Assembly (NCBI RefSeq): GCF_000007145.1
Contig: NC_003902.1
Span: 218,311-250,310 of the forward strand
Direction: 5' to 3'
DNA length: 32,000 nt
Source: Xanthomonas campestris pv. campestris str. ATCC 33913
GTDB taxonomy: Bacteria; Pseudomonadota; Gammaproteobacteria; Xanthomonadales; Xanthomonadaceae
Shown: positions 1 through 8,847 of the stretch, piece by piece
How positions within the stretch are numbered: position 1 is the first letter of the stretch
How the letters are laid out: every line of letters starts with the position of its first letter
Made by a program: the position numbers and the translations under genes
Notes under the pieces: generated by a model
Seen by the model: only the letters and a program-made list of their open reading frames with translations
Database searches by the model: none
Told to the model about the DNA's origin: nothing

Positions 1-220
1 GCAGTTGCTCGATCTGCTCCACCCATGCAGCGAACGACAACTGCCATGGCGTGGCCAGCGCATCGATGGCCTGGTGCGCCACCGTTTGCACGGCCCGCAG
101 CATGGGCCCGCGTGCGGCGGCATCCATATAGGTCACGGCCGGGGGCAGCACAAATGCCTGCTCCCGCTGCGACCAATCCAGGGGTGTGGGTAGCGAACGG
201 AACAACGGTGCGGCGCTCAT
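1..220 (-). CDS. N-terminal fragment of a class-V aminotransferase-fold PLP enzyme (cysteine desulfurase / C-S lyase-like); continues beyond the left edge
   Basis: Absent from the ORF track because it has no in-window stop. Reverse complement from the ATG (cat at 218-220) reads MSAAPLFRSLPTPLDWSQREQAFVLPPAVTYMDAAARGPMLRAVQTVAHQAIDALATPWQLSFAAWVEQIEQL and stays open to position 1. Third codon positions are GC-rich. The VTYMDAAARGP segment resembles the N-terminus of class-V aminotransferases. The family call is from memory. Confidence 0.45.
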   Translation of the reverse strand, partial: MSAAPLFRSLPTPLDWSQREQAFVLPPAVTYMDAAARGPMLRAVQTVAHQAIDALATPWQLSFAAWVEQIEQL

Positions 221-285
221 GCGCACAGCTTAACGCGCAGCGACATGCCACCCACACGGCGCGTTCACGGTCGCTCCCCAAGCAT

Positions 286-1575
286 ATGGCGATGTCTGCA
301 CAATCACCCCTGCTGGTCGACCACCAGCAACAGCAGCTGACGCTGTTGGAACGCTACGCGCAGACCCGTGCGCTAAGCGATCGTCTTGCCGCACCCTTGA
401 GCGCGGAAGACGCCATGGTGCAGAGCATGCCCGACGCCAGCCCCAGCAAATGGCACCTGGCACACACCACCTGGTTCTTCGAACGCTTCGTGTTGCAGGC
501 CGACCCGCAGTACGTGGTGTTCGACCCGGCGTGGGATTTCCTGTTCAACAGCTACTACCAAAGCGTAGGCCCGATGCATGCGCGCGCGCGCCGTGGCGTG
601 TTGTCGCGGCCATCGCTGCAACAGGTGCGTGACTACCGTGCGGCCGTCGATGCGCAGATGCAGCGCCGCCTGCGCGATGGCCTGCTGGACGAGGCCACCT
701 GCACCATCGTGCAGCTGGGCATCCAGCACGAGCAGCAGCACCAGGAACTGCTGTTGACCGACATCAAGCACGCCCTGTGGAGCAATCCGCTGCAGCCGGC
801 CTACCGGGAGGCCCAGCCCGTGCCGGCGGCGGCGTCTAGCGCCTTGCGCTGGCATGCGCGCGACGAGCAGATCGTGGAGATTGGCGCAGCGTCGTGGCCA
901 CAGGCCGAGGCCTTCGCCTACGACAACGAATCGCCGCGCCACCGCGTGCTGGTCGGTGCGCATGCACTGGCGCACCGTGTGGTCAGTAATTCCGAATACC
1001 AGCAGTTCATCGATGACGGTGGCTACCGCAGCGCAGGCGCCTGGCTTAGCGATGGCTGGGCAATGGTGCAGGCGCAGGGCTGGCAGCATCCGCTGTACTG
1101 GGATGCGGACGGGCGCGAGTTCACCCTCGAAGGCTGGCGCGTGCGCGATGCGCATGCGCCGGTGTGCCATCTGAGCCTGTTCGAAGCCGACGCGTTCGCG
1201 CGCTGGGCCGGTGCACGCCTGCCCACCGAGGCCGAATGGGAACAGGCCGCCACCGGCATTGCCGTGCACGGCAATTTCGTCGACAGCGATGCCCTGCATC
1301 CGCGCGCGGCCGACGCGGTGGACACCGGTCTGCAGCAGCTGTTTGGCGATGTGTGGGAATGGACCGGCAGCGCGTATCTGCCGTATCCCGGCTTCGCGCC
1401 CTGGCCCGGGTCGCTGGGCGAATACAACGGCAAATTCATGAACGCGCAATGGGTCTTGCGCGGCGGCAGTTGTGCCACGCCTGCCAGCCATGTGCGCGCC
1501 AGCTACCGCAACTTTTTCCCCTCCGATGCGCGTTGGCAATTTGCCGGCGTGCGCCTAGCCAAGGATTTGCTGTGA
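286..1575 (+). CDS. egtB: Ergothioneine biosynthesis sulfoxide synthase EgtB (DinB-like N-domain + FGE-sulfatase/SUMF1-like C-domain)
   Basis: This is the inner part of track ORF 25..1575. The ATG at 286 (MAMSAQSPLL...) gives 429 aa, the usual EgtB size. N-domain motifs are WHLAHTTWFFERF and HEQQHQELLLTD. C-domain motifs are FGDVWEWTGSAYLPYPGF, RGGSCATP and YRNFFPSDARWQFAGVRLAKD. The stop overlaps the egtD start (GTGA). Confidence 0.85.
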   Translation: MAMSAQSPLLVDHQQQQLTLLERYAQTRALSDRLAAPLSAEDAMVQSMPDASPSKWHLAHTTWFFERFVLQADPQYVVFDPAWDFLFNSYYQSVGPMHARARRGVLSRPSLQQVRDYRAAVDAQMQRRLRDGLLDEATCTIVQLGIQHEQQHQELLLTDIKHALWSNPLQPAYREAQPVPAAASSALRWHARDEQIVEIGAASWPQAEAFAYDNESPRHRVLVGAHALAHRVVSNSEYQQFIDDGGYRSAGAWLSDGWAMVQAQGWQHPLYWDADGREFTLEGWRVRDAHAPVCHLSLFEADAFARWAGARLPTEAEWEQAATGIAVHGNFVDSDALHPRAADAVDTGLQQLFGDVWEWTGSAYLPYPGFAPWPGSLGEYNGKFMNAQWVLRGGSCATPASHVRASYRNFFPSDARWQFAGVRLAKDLL

Positions 1576-2558
1576 ACGCCGCCGCCCACGCCACCCAACG
1601 CGCGCATGCCGCGCTGACCGATCTGCGCCCGCAGCCGGACGACATCACCGCCGATGCCCTGGCCGGCCTATCGCCGACGCCCAAGACGCTGCCGTCGAAA
1701 TATTTCTACGATGCGCGCGGCTCGCAGTTGTTCGAAGCGATCACCCGTCAGCCCGAGTACTACCTCACCACCACCGAACTGAGCCTGCTCGAGGCCAGCA
1801 TGAGCTCGATCGCGCAGGCGATCGGCGCGGGCGTGCATGTGGTGGAGTACGGCAGTGGCAGTGGCCGCAAGACCGAATTGCTGCTGCAGGGCCTGCGCGA
1901 TGTGGTGGCCTATACGCCGCTGGAAATCTCGCGGACCGCGCTGCTGGAAAGCACCGCACGCCTGGCCGAGCAATTTCCGCAGATCCAGATGTTGCCGGTG
2001 TGCACCGACTTCACCCGGCCGCTGCAGCTGCCGGCCGCGCAACGCCCGGCACGCCGGCACGTGGTGTTCTTCCCCGGCTCGACGCTGGGAAATTTCACCG
2101 ACACCGCTGCGATTGAATTGCTGGATGCGATGCGCCAGACCATGGGCGCCGACGGCTGCGCCTTGATCGGCATCGATCTGGACAAGGATGCCGCGCTGAT
2201 CGAGGCGGCGTACAACGATGCCGCCGGGGTCACCGCGGAATTCACGGTGAATCTGCTGGCACGCCTCAACCGCGAGATCGGCAGCGATTTCGACCTGGAG
2301 GGTTTCCGCCATCGCGCGGTGTATGCGCGCGAACGCGGCCGCATCGAAACCTTCCTGGTCAGCCAGCGCGCGCAACGTGTGCACGTGGGTGGGCAGGAAT
2401 TCACCTTCACCGAAGGCGAGGCGATGCAGGTCGAATACAGCTACAAGTACACCGACGCCCGCTTCGCCGAACTGGCCGCCGCGGCCGGCCTCAAGGTGAC
2501 GCATGGCTGGAACGATGCCAAGGATTGGTTCGGTCTGCGGTTGCTACGCCCGCTCTGA
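1572..2558 (+). CDS. egtD: L-histidine N-alpha-methyltransferase EgtD
   Basis: This is the inner part of track ORF 1164..2558. The GTG at 1572 overlaps the egtB stop (gtga at 1572-1575) and gives 328 aa. Motifs: LPSKYFYDARGSQLFEAITRQPEYYLTTTE, a SAM-binding EYGSGSGRKT, and SYKYT near the C-terminus. Confidence 0.85.
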   Translation: MNAAAHATQRAHAALTDLRPQPDDITADALAGLSPTPKTLPSKYFYDARGSQLFEAITRQPEYYLTTTELSLLEASMSSIAQAIGAGVHVVEYGSGSGRKTELLLQGLRDVVAYTPLEISRTALLESTARLAEQFPQIQMLPVCTDFTRPLQLPAAQRPARRHVVFFPGSTLGNFTDTAAIELLDAMRQTMGADGCALIGIDLDKDAALIEAAYNDAAGVTAEFTVNLLARLNREIGSDFDLEGFRHRAVYARERGRIETFLVSQRAQRVHVGGQEFTFTEGEAMQVEYSYKYTDARFAELAAAAGLKVTHGWNDAKDWFGLRLLRPL

Positions 2559-2573
2559 CGCAGGCCGCACGCG

Positions 2574-2846
2574 ATGCAGGTACCTGACGCCGCGCAGATG
2601 GCGGCGCTGATCGTCGACCTGCTCGCACGGCGTGAGCCGCAGCACTCGATCTGCCCGTCGGAGGTGGCACGCGCACTCAGCGAGGATGCCGCGATCTGGC
2701 GCGCGCTGATGCCGCAGGTGCGCGCCACCGCGGCCGCACTGGTGGGCGAGGGTGTGGTGCGCATCACGCAGCGTGGCCAGCCTGTGGAGCTGGGCACGGT
2801 ACGCGGCCCGATCCGTTTGATGCGCGGGCCACGCTTCCCGCGATAA
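2574..2846 (+). CDS. DUF3253-like small protein, function unknown
   Basis: A 90-aa ORF starts 15 nt after the egtD stop on the same strand. The pattern ICPSEVAR...W..LMP.VR...LV.EG.V.ITQRG.PV....RGPIRL matches my recollection of DUF3253. Third codon positions are GC-rich. Confidence 0.5.
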   Translation: MQVPDAAQMAALIVDLLARREPQHSICPSEVARALSEDAAIWRALMPQVRATAAALVGEGVVRITQRGQPVELGTVRGPIRLMRGPRFPR

Positions 2847-3032
2847 CTGCTGCGCTTGCGATCGCGTGCAGGCAGTACACGCACGGTCTGGGAGCCAGCA
2901 CGTGATCCAACGCGACCTCAAACCTAAGACCTCGCATCGGTCACGCAAACCCGCTGACCGCGCAGCCAAACCGCCACTGCCTGTGGCGCACGATCGACGC
3001 CACGCATCCCTCATCCGTAACGCACTGGCAGC

Positions 3033-6000
3033 TTATGCCGCCTGCACCACATGCAGCGCCTTGGGGTTGCGCCATTGCGCCAACAGGGCGGCTTCGCGCG
3101 CCTTGGCCTCGTGCAGGTGCGCGTCCTTGACGTGCCCGTAGCCGCGGATGTGTTCGGGGATGCTGGCGATCTGCGCGGCCAGGCCCACGTTGTCGTTGTC
3201 CAGGCGCTGCAGCAGCGTGTTCACCGTTGCCAAATAATCGGCAATCAACTGACGCTCGCCGCGACGTTCGGCGGTGTAGCCGAACACGTCCAGTTTGCCG
3301 CCGCGCAGGAACTTCAACCGTGCCAGCAATTTGAAGGCACTGAACATCCACGGCCCATATTCGCGTTTGATGGGCTGCCCGTTTGCATCCTTCTTGGCGA
3401 ACAACGGCGGCGCCAGATGGAAGCGCAGCTGGTAGTCGCCCTCGAACTGCTGCTGCACACGGCGCTGGAAGTCGCCGCGCGTATACAGCCGCGCCACCTC
3501 GTACTCGTCCTTGTAGGCCATCAGCTTGAAGGCGTAGCGCGCCACCGCAGCGCTTAGCGCGGTGCTGCCCGGTGCGCGTTGCGCTTCGTGCGTGCGCACG
3601 CGCTCCACCAGCGCACGGTATTGCTGGGCGTAGGCGGCATCCTGGTAGTCGGTGAGGAAGTGCACGCGCCGCGCGATCGCCTCGTCCAGGGACTGCGCCA
3701 GCTGCTCGTCATCCAATGGATGCACCGGAGCATCGCCGTCAGCGTGCAGCGTGTCGGCATCGGTTTGCGCCAGCGCGCGCGGCGCACTCTGGCCGCTCAT
3801 GTCGTGGTCTTCCCAGCTGCCCGGCCCGCGCGATGGCGGTGTGGCGGCATGCGCGTGGGCGGCCGTGTCCAGCGCAGGTGCCAGGCCTGCGGCGCGTTGT
3901 ACGGCCGGCAGATCGACCGCCGCCAAACGCCCCCAGGCGAAGGCCTGCTGATTCATCGCCACCGCCGCGCCATTGAGCTCGATCGCGCGCATCAACGCCG
4001 CGTGCGACAACGGCACCAGGCCGTGCTGCCAGGCATAGCCGAGCACGAACAGATTGCTGGCGATGGCATCGCCCAGCAGCGCGGTGGCCAATTGCGTGGC
4101 GTCCAGCAGCAAGGGCTCCTGCCCGCCGAGAGCAGTGCGTACCCCCGCAATGATCTCGGCTGCCGGGAACTGCAGATCCGGCTGCGTGGTGAAACTGCCC
4201 GGCATCGCTTCGTAGGTGTTGAGCACCACCTGGGTGCGGCCGTCGCGCACCTTGGACAAGGCCCAGTAATCGTTGACCACCACCATGTCGCAGCCCAGCA
4301 CCAGGTCTGCTTCGCCGGCGGCGATACGCACGGCGTGGATGTCGGCGGGCTGGCGCGCGATGCGGATATGCGTGGTGACCGCGCCACCCTTTTGCGCCAG
4401 GCCGGTCTGGTCCAGCACCGTGGCGCCCTTGCCTTCGAGATGGCCGGCCATGCCCAGCAACGCGCCGATGGTCACCACGCCGGTGCCGCCGACGCCGGTG
4501 ATCAGGATGTTCCAGGGCTGCTCCAGCGTGGTGCGTTGTGGCGGTTCGGGCAGGGCGTCCAGCAATGCACTGGCATCGCGCTTCTTGCCCTTGCGCGGCG
4601 CGCCGCCATGCACGGTGACAAAGCTCGGGCAGAAGCCCGACACGCAGGAATAATCCTTGTTGCAGTTGGACTGGTCGATCTCGCGCTTGCGCCCGAACTC
4701 GGTGTCCTTCGGCAGCACCGACACGCAGAAACTCTTCTCGCCGCAATCGCCACAGCCTTCGCAGACCAACGAATTGATCATCACCCGCTTGGGCGGGTCG
4801 ATCAGCTTGCCGCGCTTGCGACGGCGACGTTTTTCGGTGGCGCAGGTCTGGTCGAAGATCAGGATCGACACGCCCTTGATGGTGCGCAGCCGCTGCTGCA
4901 CCGCATCCAGTTCGCTGCGATCGTGAAATGCCACGTCGCTGGGGAACCGCTCGCGCCGGCGCGTCCATTTGCCGATGTCATCGCTCACCACCACGATCTC
5001 GTGGATGCCTTCGGCACGCAGCTGGTGCGCGATGTCCGGCACAGTGAGCGTGCCGTCCACCGGCTGCCCGCCGGTCATCGCCACCGCGTCGTTGTAGAGG
5101 ATCTTGTAGGTGATGTTGACGCCGGTGGCCACCGACTGGCGGATCGCCAGCGAGCCACTGTGGAAATAGGTGCCATCGCCCAGGTTCTGGAACACGTGCG
5201 GCGTGGCGGTGAACGGCGCCTGCCCCGACCAGGTGACGCCTTCGCCGCCCATGTGGGTGAAGGTGTCGGTCGAGCGGTTCATCCAGGTCACCATGTAGTG
5301 GCAACCGATTCCGCCGAGCGCGCGCGAGCCCTCCGGTACCACCGTGGAGGTGTTGTGCGGGCAGCCGGAGCAGTAGTGCGGCACGCGCGGGAACAGCGCG
5401 CGCGGCAGCGCCATCTCCGCTTCCTTGGCCTCCATCCAGCGCAGGCGCTGTTCGATCGATGCAGCAATGGCCGCCGACGGCAGCGGGAAGCGCTGGATGC
5501 GCTTGCCGATCACCGCGGCGATGGTGGCCGGGGTGAGCTCACCGGTGGAGGGCAGGATCCACGCGCCGTGTTCGTTGTACTTGCCCACGATGCTCGGCCG
5601 CGCGCCGGCGCTGGCCGGCCAGTTGTAGAACAGCTCTTTCATCTGGCGCTCGATGAAGGCTTTCTTTTCTTCCACCACCACGATGTCGTCCAGCCCGCGC
5701 GCGAACGCGGTGATCCCCACCGGCTCCAGCGGCCAGGTCATGCCCACCTTGTAGACGCGGATGCCGATCTGCGCGCAGGCCTGCGCATCCAGGCCCAGGT
5801 ATTCCAGCGCCTGCAACACGTCCAGATAGCTTTTGCCGGTGGTGACGATGCCCAGCCGTGCCTGCGGCGAATCCAGCACCAGCTTGTCGATGCCGTTGGC
5901 ACGCGCGAATGCCTGCGCGGCGGCCACCGCATAGCGGTGCAGGCGCATCTCCTGATCCACCGGCGGATCCGGCCAGCGGATGCTCAGCCCGCCCGGCGGC

Positions 6001-6743
6001 AGTGCGAAGTCGTCCGGCAGCACGATCTGGCGTGCGAACGGGTCCACGTCCACCGAGGCAGAGGATTCCACCGTTTCGGCGATGGTCTTGAAGCCCACCC
6101 AGCGCCCGGTATAGCGGCTCATCGCCCAACCGAGCAGGCCCATGTCCAGGATGTCCTGCACGCCGGCCGGGTTGAGGATGGGCATCATCGCGCTGACGAA
6201 TTCGTCTTCGGACCCATGCGGCAAGGTGGAGCTGCGGCAGGCATGGTCGTCGGCGGCCAGGGCCAGCACGCCACCAAACGGTGAGGTGCCGGCGGCATTG
6301 GCGTGCTTGAACACGTCGCCGCTGCGGTCCACGCCCGGGCCCTTGCCGTACCACATGCCATACACGCCCTGGACGGTGGCGCCCGGGAACAGGTTGGTCT
6401 GCTGCGTGCCCCACACCATGGTGGCGGCCAGGTCCTCGTTGAGGCCCGGGGTGAAGGTGACCTTGGCCGCCTCCAGATGCGCACGCGCCCGCCACAGTTC
6501 CAGGTCCAGCCCGCCCAGCGGGCTGCCGCGGTAGCCGCTGACGAACCCGGCGGTATCCAGCCCGGCGGCCACATCGCGCAGGTGTTGCATCAGCGGCAGC
6601 CGCACCAGCGCCTGCACACCGGACAAATAAATGCGGCCGTCGGCACGCGTGTATTTGTGTTCCAGCGTGTAGTCCGCATCCACACGGCCGATCTCCGGCG
6701 TGTTGGCAGAGGCGGGGGATGAAAGTGCAGCGGTACTGGTCAT
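3033..6743 (-). CDS. Indolepyruvate:ferredoxin oxidoreductase family protein (fused IorA/IorB-type 2-oxoacid:ferredoxin oxidoreductase)
   Basis: A 1236-aa ORF. The N-terminus YLSGVQALVRLPLMQHLRD is typical of this family. Other motifs: TPP-binding GDGTYFHSG, Fe-S cysteine cluster CEGCGDCGEKSFC...CNKDYSC..GFCPSF, and a gamma-like domain ILITGVGGTGVVTIGALLG. Confidence 0.9.
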   Translation of the reverse strand: MTSTAALSSPASANTPEIGRVDADYTLEHKYTRADGRIYLSGVQALVRLPLMQHLRDVAAGLDTAGFVSGYRGSPLGGLDLELWRARAHLEAAKVTFTPGLNEDLAATMVWGTQQTNLFPGATVQGVYGMWYGKGPGVDRSGDVFKHANAAGTSPFGGVLALAADDHACRSSTLPHGSEDEFVSAMMPILNPAGVQDILDMGLLGWAMSRYTGRWVGFKTIAETVESSASVDVDPFARQIVLPDDFALPPGGLSIRWPDPPVDQEMRLHRYAVAAAQAFARANGIDKLVLDSPQARLGIVTTGKSYLDVLQALEYLGLDAQACAQIGIRVYKVGMTWPLEPVGITAFARGLDDIVVVEEKKAFIERQMKELFYNWPASAGARPSIVGKYNEHGAWILPSTGELTPATIAAVIGKRIQRFPLPSAAIAASIEQRLRWMEAKEAEMALPRALFPRVPHYCSGCPHNTSTVVPEGSRALGGIGCHYMVTWMNRSTDTFTHMGGEGVTWSGQAPFTATPHVFQNLGDGTYFHSGSLAIRQSVATGVNITYKILYNDAVAMTGGQPVDGTLTVPDIAHQLRAEGIHEIVVVSDDIGKWTRRRERFPSDVAFHDRSELDAVQQRLRTIKGVSILIFDQTCATEKRRRRKRGKLIDPPKRVMINSLVCEGCGDCGEKSFCVSVLPKDTEFGRKREIDQSNCNKDYSCVSGFCPSFVTVHGGAPRKGKKRDASALLDALPEPPQRTTLEQPWNILITGVGGTGVVTIGALLGMAGHLEGKGATVLDQTGLAQKGGAVTTHIRIARQPADIHAVRIAAGEADLVLGCDMVVVNDYWALSKVRDGRTQVVLNTYEAMPGSFTTQPDLQFPAAEIIAGVRTALGGQEPLLLDATQLATALLGDAIASNLFVLGYAWQHGLVPLSHAALMRAIELNGAAVAMNQQAFAWGRLAAVDLPAVQRAAGLAPALDTAAHAHAATPPSRGPGSWEDHDMSGQSAPRALAQTDADTLHADGDAPVHPLDDEQLAQSLDEAIARRVHFLTDYQDAAYAQQYRALVERVRTHEAQRAPGSTALSAAVARYAFKLMAYKDEYEVARLYTRGDFQRRVQQQFEGDYQLRFHLAPPLFAKKDANGQPIKREYGPWMFSAFKLLARLKFLRGGKLDVFGYTAERRGERQLIADYLATVNTLLQRLDNDNVGLAAQIASIPEHIRGYGHVKDAHLHEAKAREAALLAQWRNPKALHVVQAA

Positions 6744-6904
6744 GGCGTGCCCGGAAAGGGTGGCTGGAACCTGGGGATTCCAAAACGGCGTGCAAATTGT
6801 AACAGTCGCCTTTCACGCGCCCGTCCGCCTGCGGATGCACAGCCGCCGCGCTGCGGTTAGGATGGGGACGGGAAGGGGTCGTTTGCTGTCAGGGGATAAA
6901 GCCA

Positions 6905-7543
6905 GTGAAGAAGCAATACGCATGGGTCGCCGCGTTGGCCCTGCTCGGGGGCGTGTGGTCGATGGCGCAGGCGCAGAGCCTGCCCAAGCCCAAGGAGTTC
7001 TATTTCGACGAAGACCGTGCCACGACCAAACCGGTGGTGGCCGTGCAGGGGCAGGGCGATGCGGTCGTGGATCGGCTGGCCGGCATGGTGCAGCGTGACG
7101 CACGCGCCGCCGAGCCACGTGCACAGCTTGCCGCGCTGGCCTATGCCGGTGGCCGCACACAGTTAGGCGACGAGCTCTACCAGGGCGCGCTGGCACTGGT
7201 GTCCAACGGCAGCCAGCAATACCGCGCCATCAGCTGGAACTACGGCTGGGACCTGTTGCGCGCCGACAAGGCCGACAAGGCCCTGCAGCACTGGGCCAAC
7301 CTGGCCAACGGCCGCCCGGCCACGCCGGCATGGTTGCCCACCACGCTGGCATTGGGGCTGTGGCGCGCCGGACGCAAGCAGGAAGCAGTCGAGTGGTACG
7401 CCGCCGCCGTGCGCACCTGGCCGGACCGTTGGGGCAGCACCGCCAACTACGCCAGCCTGCTGCCGGAGTGGCGCGAGGCAGACCGCGCCAGCCTGGCCGA
7501 AGTCTTCGCCGCCTGGCAGGCCAACCCGCCCGCGTTCCCGTAA
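6905..7543 (+). CDS. Secreted hypothetical protein with TPR-like helical repeats
   Basis: A GTG start at 6905 gives the signal peptide MKKQYAWVAALALLGGVWSMAQA|QS. The rest is Ala/Leu/Trp-rich helical sequence (ALQHWANLANG, EAVEWYAAAVRTWP). I recognise no specific family. Confidence 0.6.
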   Translation: MKKQYAWVAALALLGGVWSMAQAQSLPKPKEFYFDEDRATTKPVVAVQGQGDAVVDRLAGMVQRDARAAEPRAQLAALAYAGGRTQLGDELYQGALALVSNGSQQYRAISWNYGWDLLRADKADKALQHWANLANGRPATPAWLPTTLALGLWRAGRKQEAVEWYAAAVRTWPDRWGSTANYASLLPEWREADRASLAEVFAAWQANPPAFP

Positions 7544-7548
7544 GCCAA

Positions 7549-7579
7549 CCGCGCGCGGCAGTGAATCTGCAGCGCGCGG
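7549..7579 (+). terminator. GC-rich hairpin just after the 6905-7543 gene (possible terminator, no U-tract)
   Basis: CCGCGCGC (7549-7556) pairs with GCGCGCGG (7572-7579). Inner gcag/ctgc pairs are also possible. The hairpin starts 6 nt after the stop codon. No T-run follows it. Confidence 0.35.
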
Positions 7580-7862
7580 GTAACGCCGCATTGGCGATAC
7601 AGCGTGGCGCTGCAGTCCGGCGCTGAAATCGCGCTGTGCGTCGTCCGCATTCGTGCAGGCCATGGTGGCGTTCGTTGCGCCATCACTCGCCGGGCAGGCG
7701 GCTTGCGCAAGCCAGCGTTGTCATCCAGGCGGTGTCATCGGCGATCTGTGCTGAGTAACGCGCAGACCAGGTGAAGTGCGTCGTCCCGCGCTGCAGTCGG
7801 TCGCAAGCCCGGCACGCACGCTATGCGATCCTGCACACCCGTTTCGAAGACATGACCACGCC

Positions 7863-8780
7863 ATGGCGGTGGATGCATTTGCGTTGATCCTGGCGATGCT
7901 GGGGCTCGGGTTGGTGTTTGCACGGCTGCGCGTGCTGCCGGACAACAGCGCCGATGTGCTCAACCGCATCGTGTTGTACATCTGCCTGCCGGCCTCGGTG
8001 CTGACCTATGTCCCGCGGCTGCACCTGGATGCCTCGCTGGGCGGCGTCATCGCCACGCCCTGGCTGCTCACCGCCCTGATCGTGCCGATGCTGTGGGGCT
8101 GCAGCCGTCTGCTCGGCGTGCCCCGCGACGAATACGCCGCGCTGCTGATGTGCGTGGTGTTCACCAACTCCAGTTTCATCGGCTTTCCGATGGTGCGCGC
8201 GCTGATCGGCGACCACGCCTTGCCGTATGCGGTGGTCTACGACCAGTTCGGCACCTTCGTGCTGCTGTCCACCTTCGGCTTGTACGTGTTGGCACGCTAC
8301 AGCGGCGACACCCCGCCCACCGCGCGGATGATCCTGGCGCGGGTACTGCGGTTTCCGCCGCTGTGGGCGCTGGTATTTGCGTTGACGCTGATGCCCGAAC
8401 AGCCGCCGGCCTGGATCGGTTCGGGGTTGAAGAGCCTGGCCGATGCGATGTTGCCGCTGGTGATGCTGGCCGTCGGGTTCTCGCTGCAATTGCGCTTGCC
8501 GGCGCAGGAACTCAAGCCACTGGCGCTGGGCTTGCTGTTCAAGTTGGCGGTCATGCCGGTGCTGGCATTGCCGCTGTCGTGGGCGCTCGGCCTGCAGGGC
8601 CAGATGCTGCAGACCAATGTGCTCGAATCGGCAATGCCGACCATGATCACCGCCGCGGCGCTGGCGATTTCGCACCGCCTGGCGCCACGTCTGGCGGCGG
8701 CGATGGTGGGCTACAGCATCCTGTTGTCGCTGCTCACCCTGCCGGCCTGGGCATGGCTGCTGGCGCGCCTGGCGGCTTGA
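7863..8780 (+). CDS. AEC (auxin efflux carrier) family membrane transporter
   Basis: This is the inner ATG of track ORF 7776..8780 and gives 305 aa. The protein is polytopic and hydrophobic. It opens with MAVDAFALILAMLGLGLVFARLRVLPDNSADVLNRIVLYICLPASVL and contains NSSFIGFPM, both typical of AEC/malonate-transporter-like permeases. Confidence 0.8.
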   Translation: MAVDAFALILAMLGLGLVFARLRVLPDNSADVLNRIVLYICLPASVLTYVPRLHLDASLGGVIATPWLLTALIVPMLWGCSRLLGVPRDEYAALLMCVVFTNSSFIGFPMVRALIGDHALPYAVVYDQFGTFVLLSTFGLYVLARYSGDTPPTARMILARVLRFPPLWALVFALTLMPEQPPAWIGSGLKSLADAMLPLVMLAVGFSLQLRLPAQELKPLALGLLFKLAVMPVLALPLSWALGLQGQMLQTNVLESAMPTMITAAALAISHRLAPRLAAAMVGYSILLSLLTLPAWAWLLARLAA

Positions 8781-8847
8781 TGCGCGTGCCCGTGCATGAA
8801 ATGCTGGCCGGCGGCGCATGCGCGCCCTCACAGGACAAGGCACACGG

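Noticed and set aside
25-285. N-terminal extensions offered by the ORF track, for example 25-285 before egtB, 1164-1571 before egtD, 11846-11968 before PLD, 14630-14794 before the acyltransferase and 7776-7862 before the transporter.
   Set aside because: The extended parts are Arg/Pro-rich and overlap the preceding gene or intergenic DNA. They also remove otherwise canonical N-termini such as signal peptides, lipoboxes and family-typical starts. Inner starts give family-typical lengths.
3579-6284. Very long ORFs antisense to real genes: 901 aa opposite the oxidoreductase, and similarly 17102-18943 (613 aa), 23080-24792 (570 aa), 25096-26829 (577 aa), 11885-13546 (553 aa) and 7821-9074 (417 aa).
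   Set aside because: These are typical stop-codon-poor antisense frames of high-GC DNA. Their translations are Arg/Ala/Gly/His-rich and low in complexity, with no motifs. In each case the opposite strand encodes an unmistakable conserved protein.
3033-6743. Whether the 1236-aa oxidoreductase is an unusual fusion worth flagging.
   Set aside because: Single-polypeptide IorA/IorB-type enzymes of about 1150-1250 aa are common in proteobacteria. All expected cofactor motifs are present and nothing in the sequence looks atypical.
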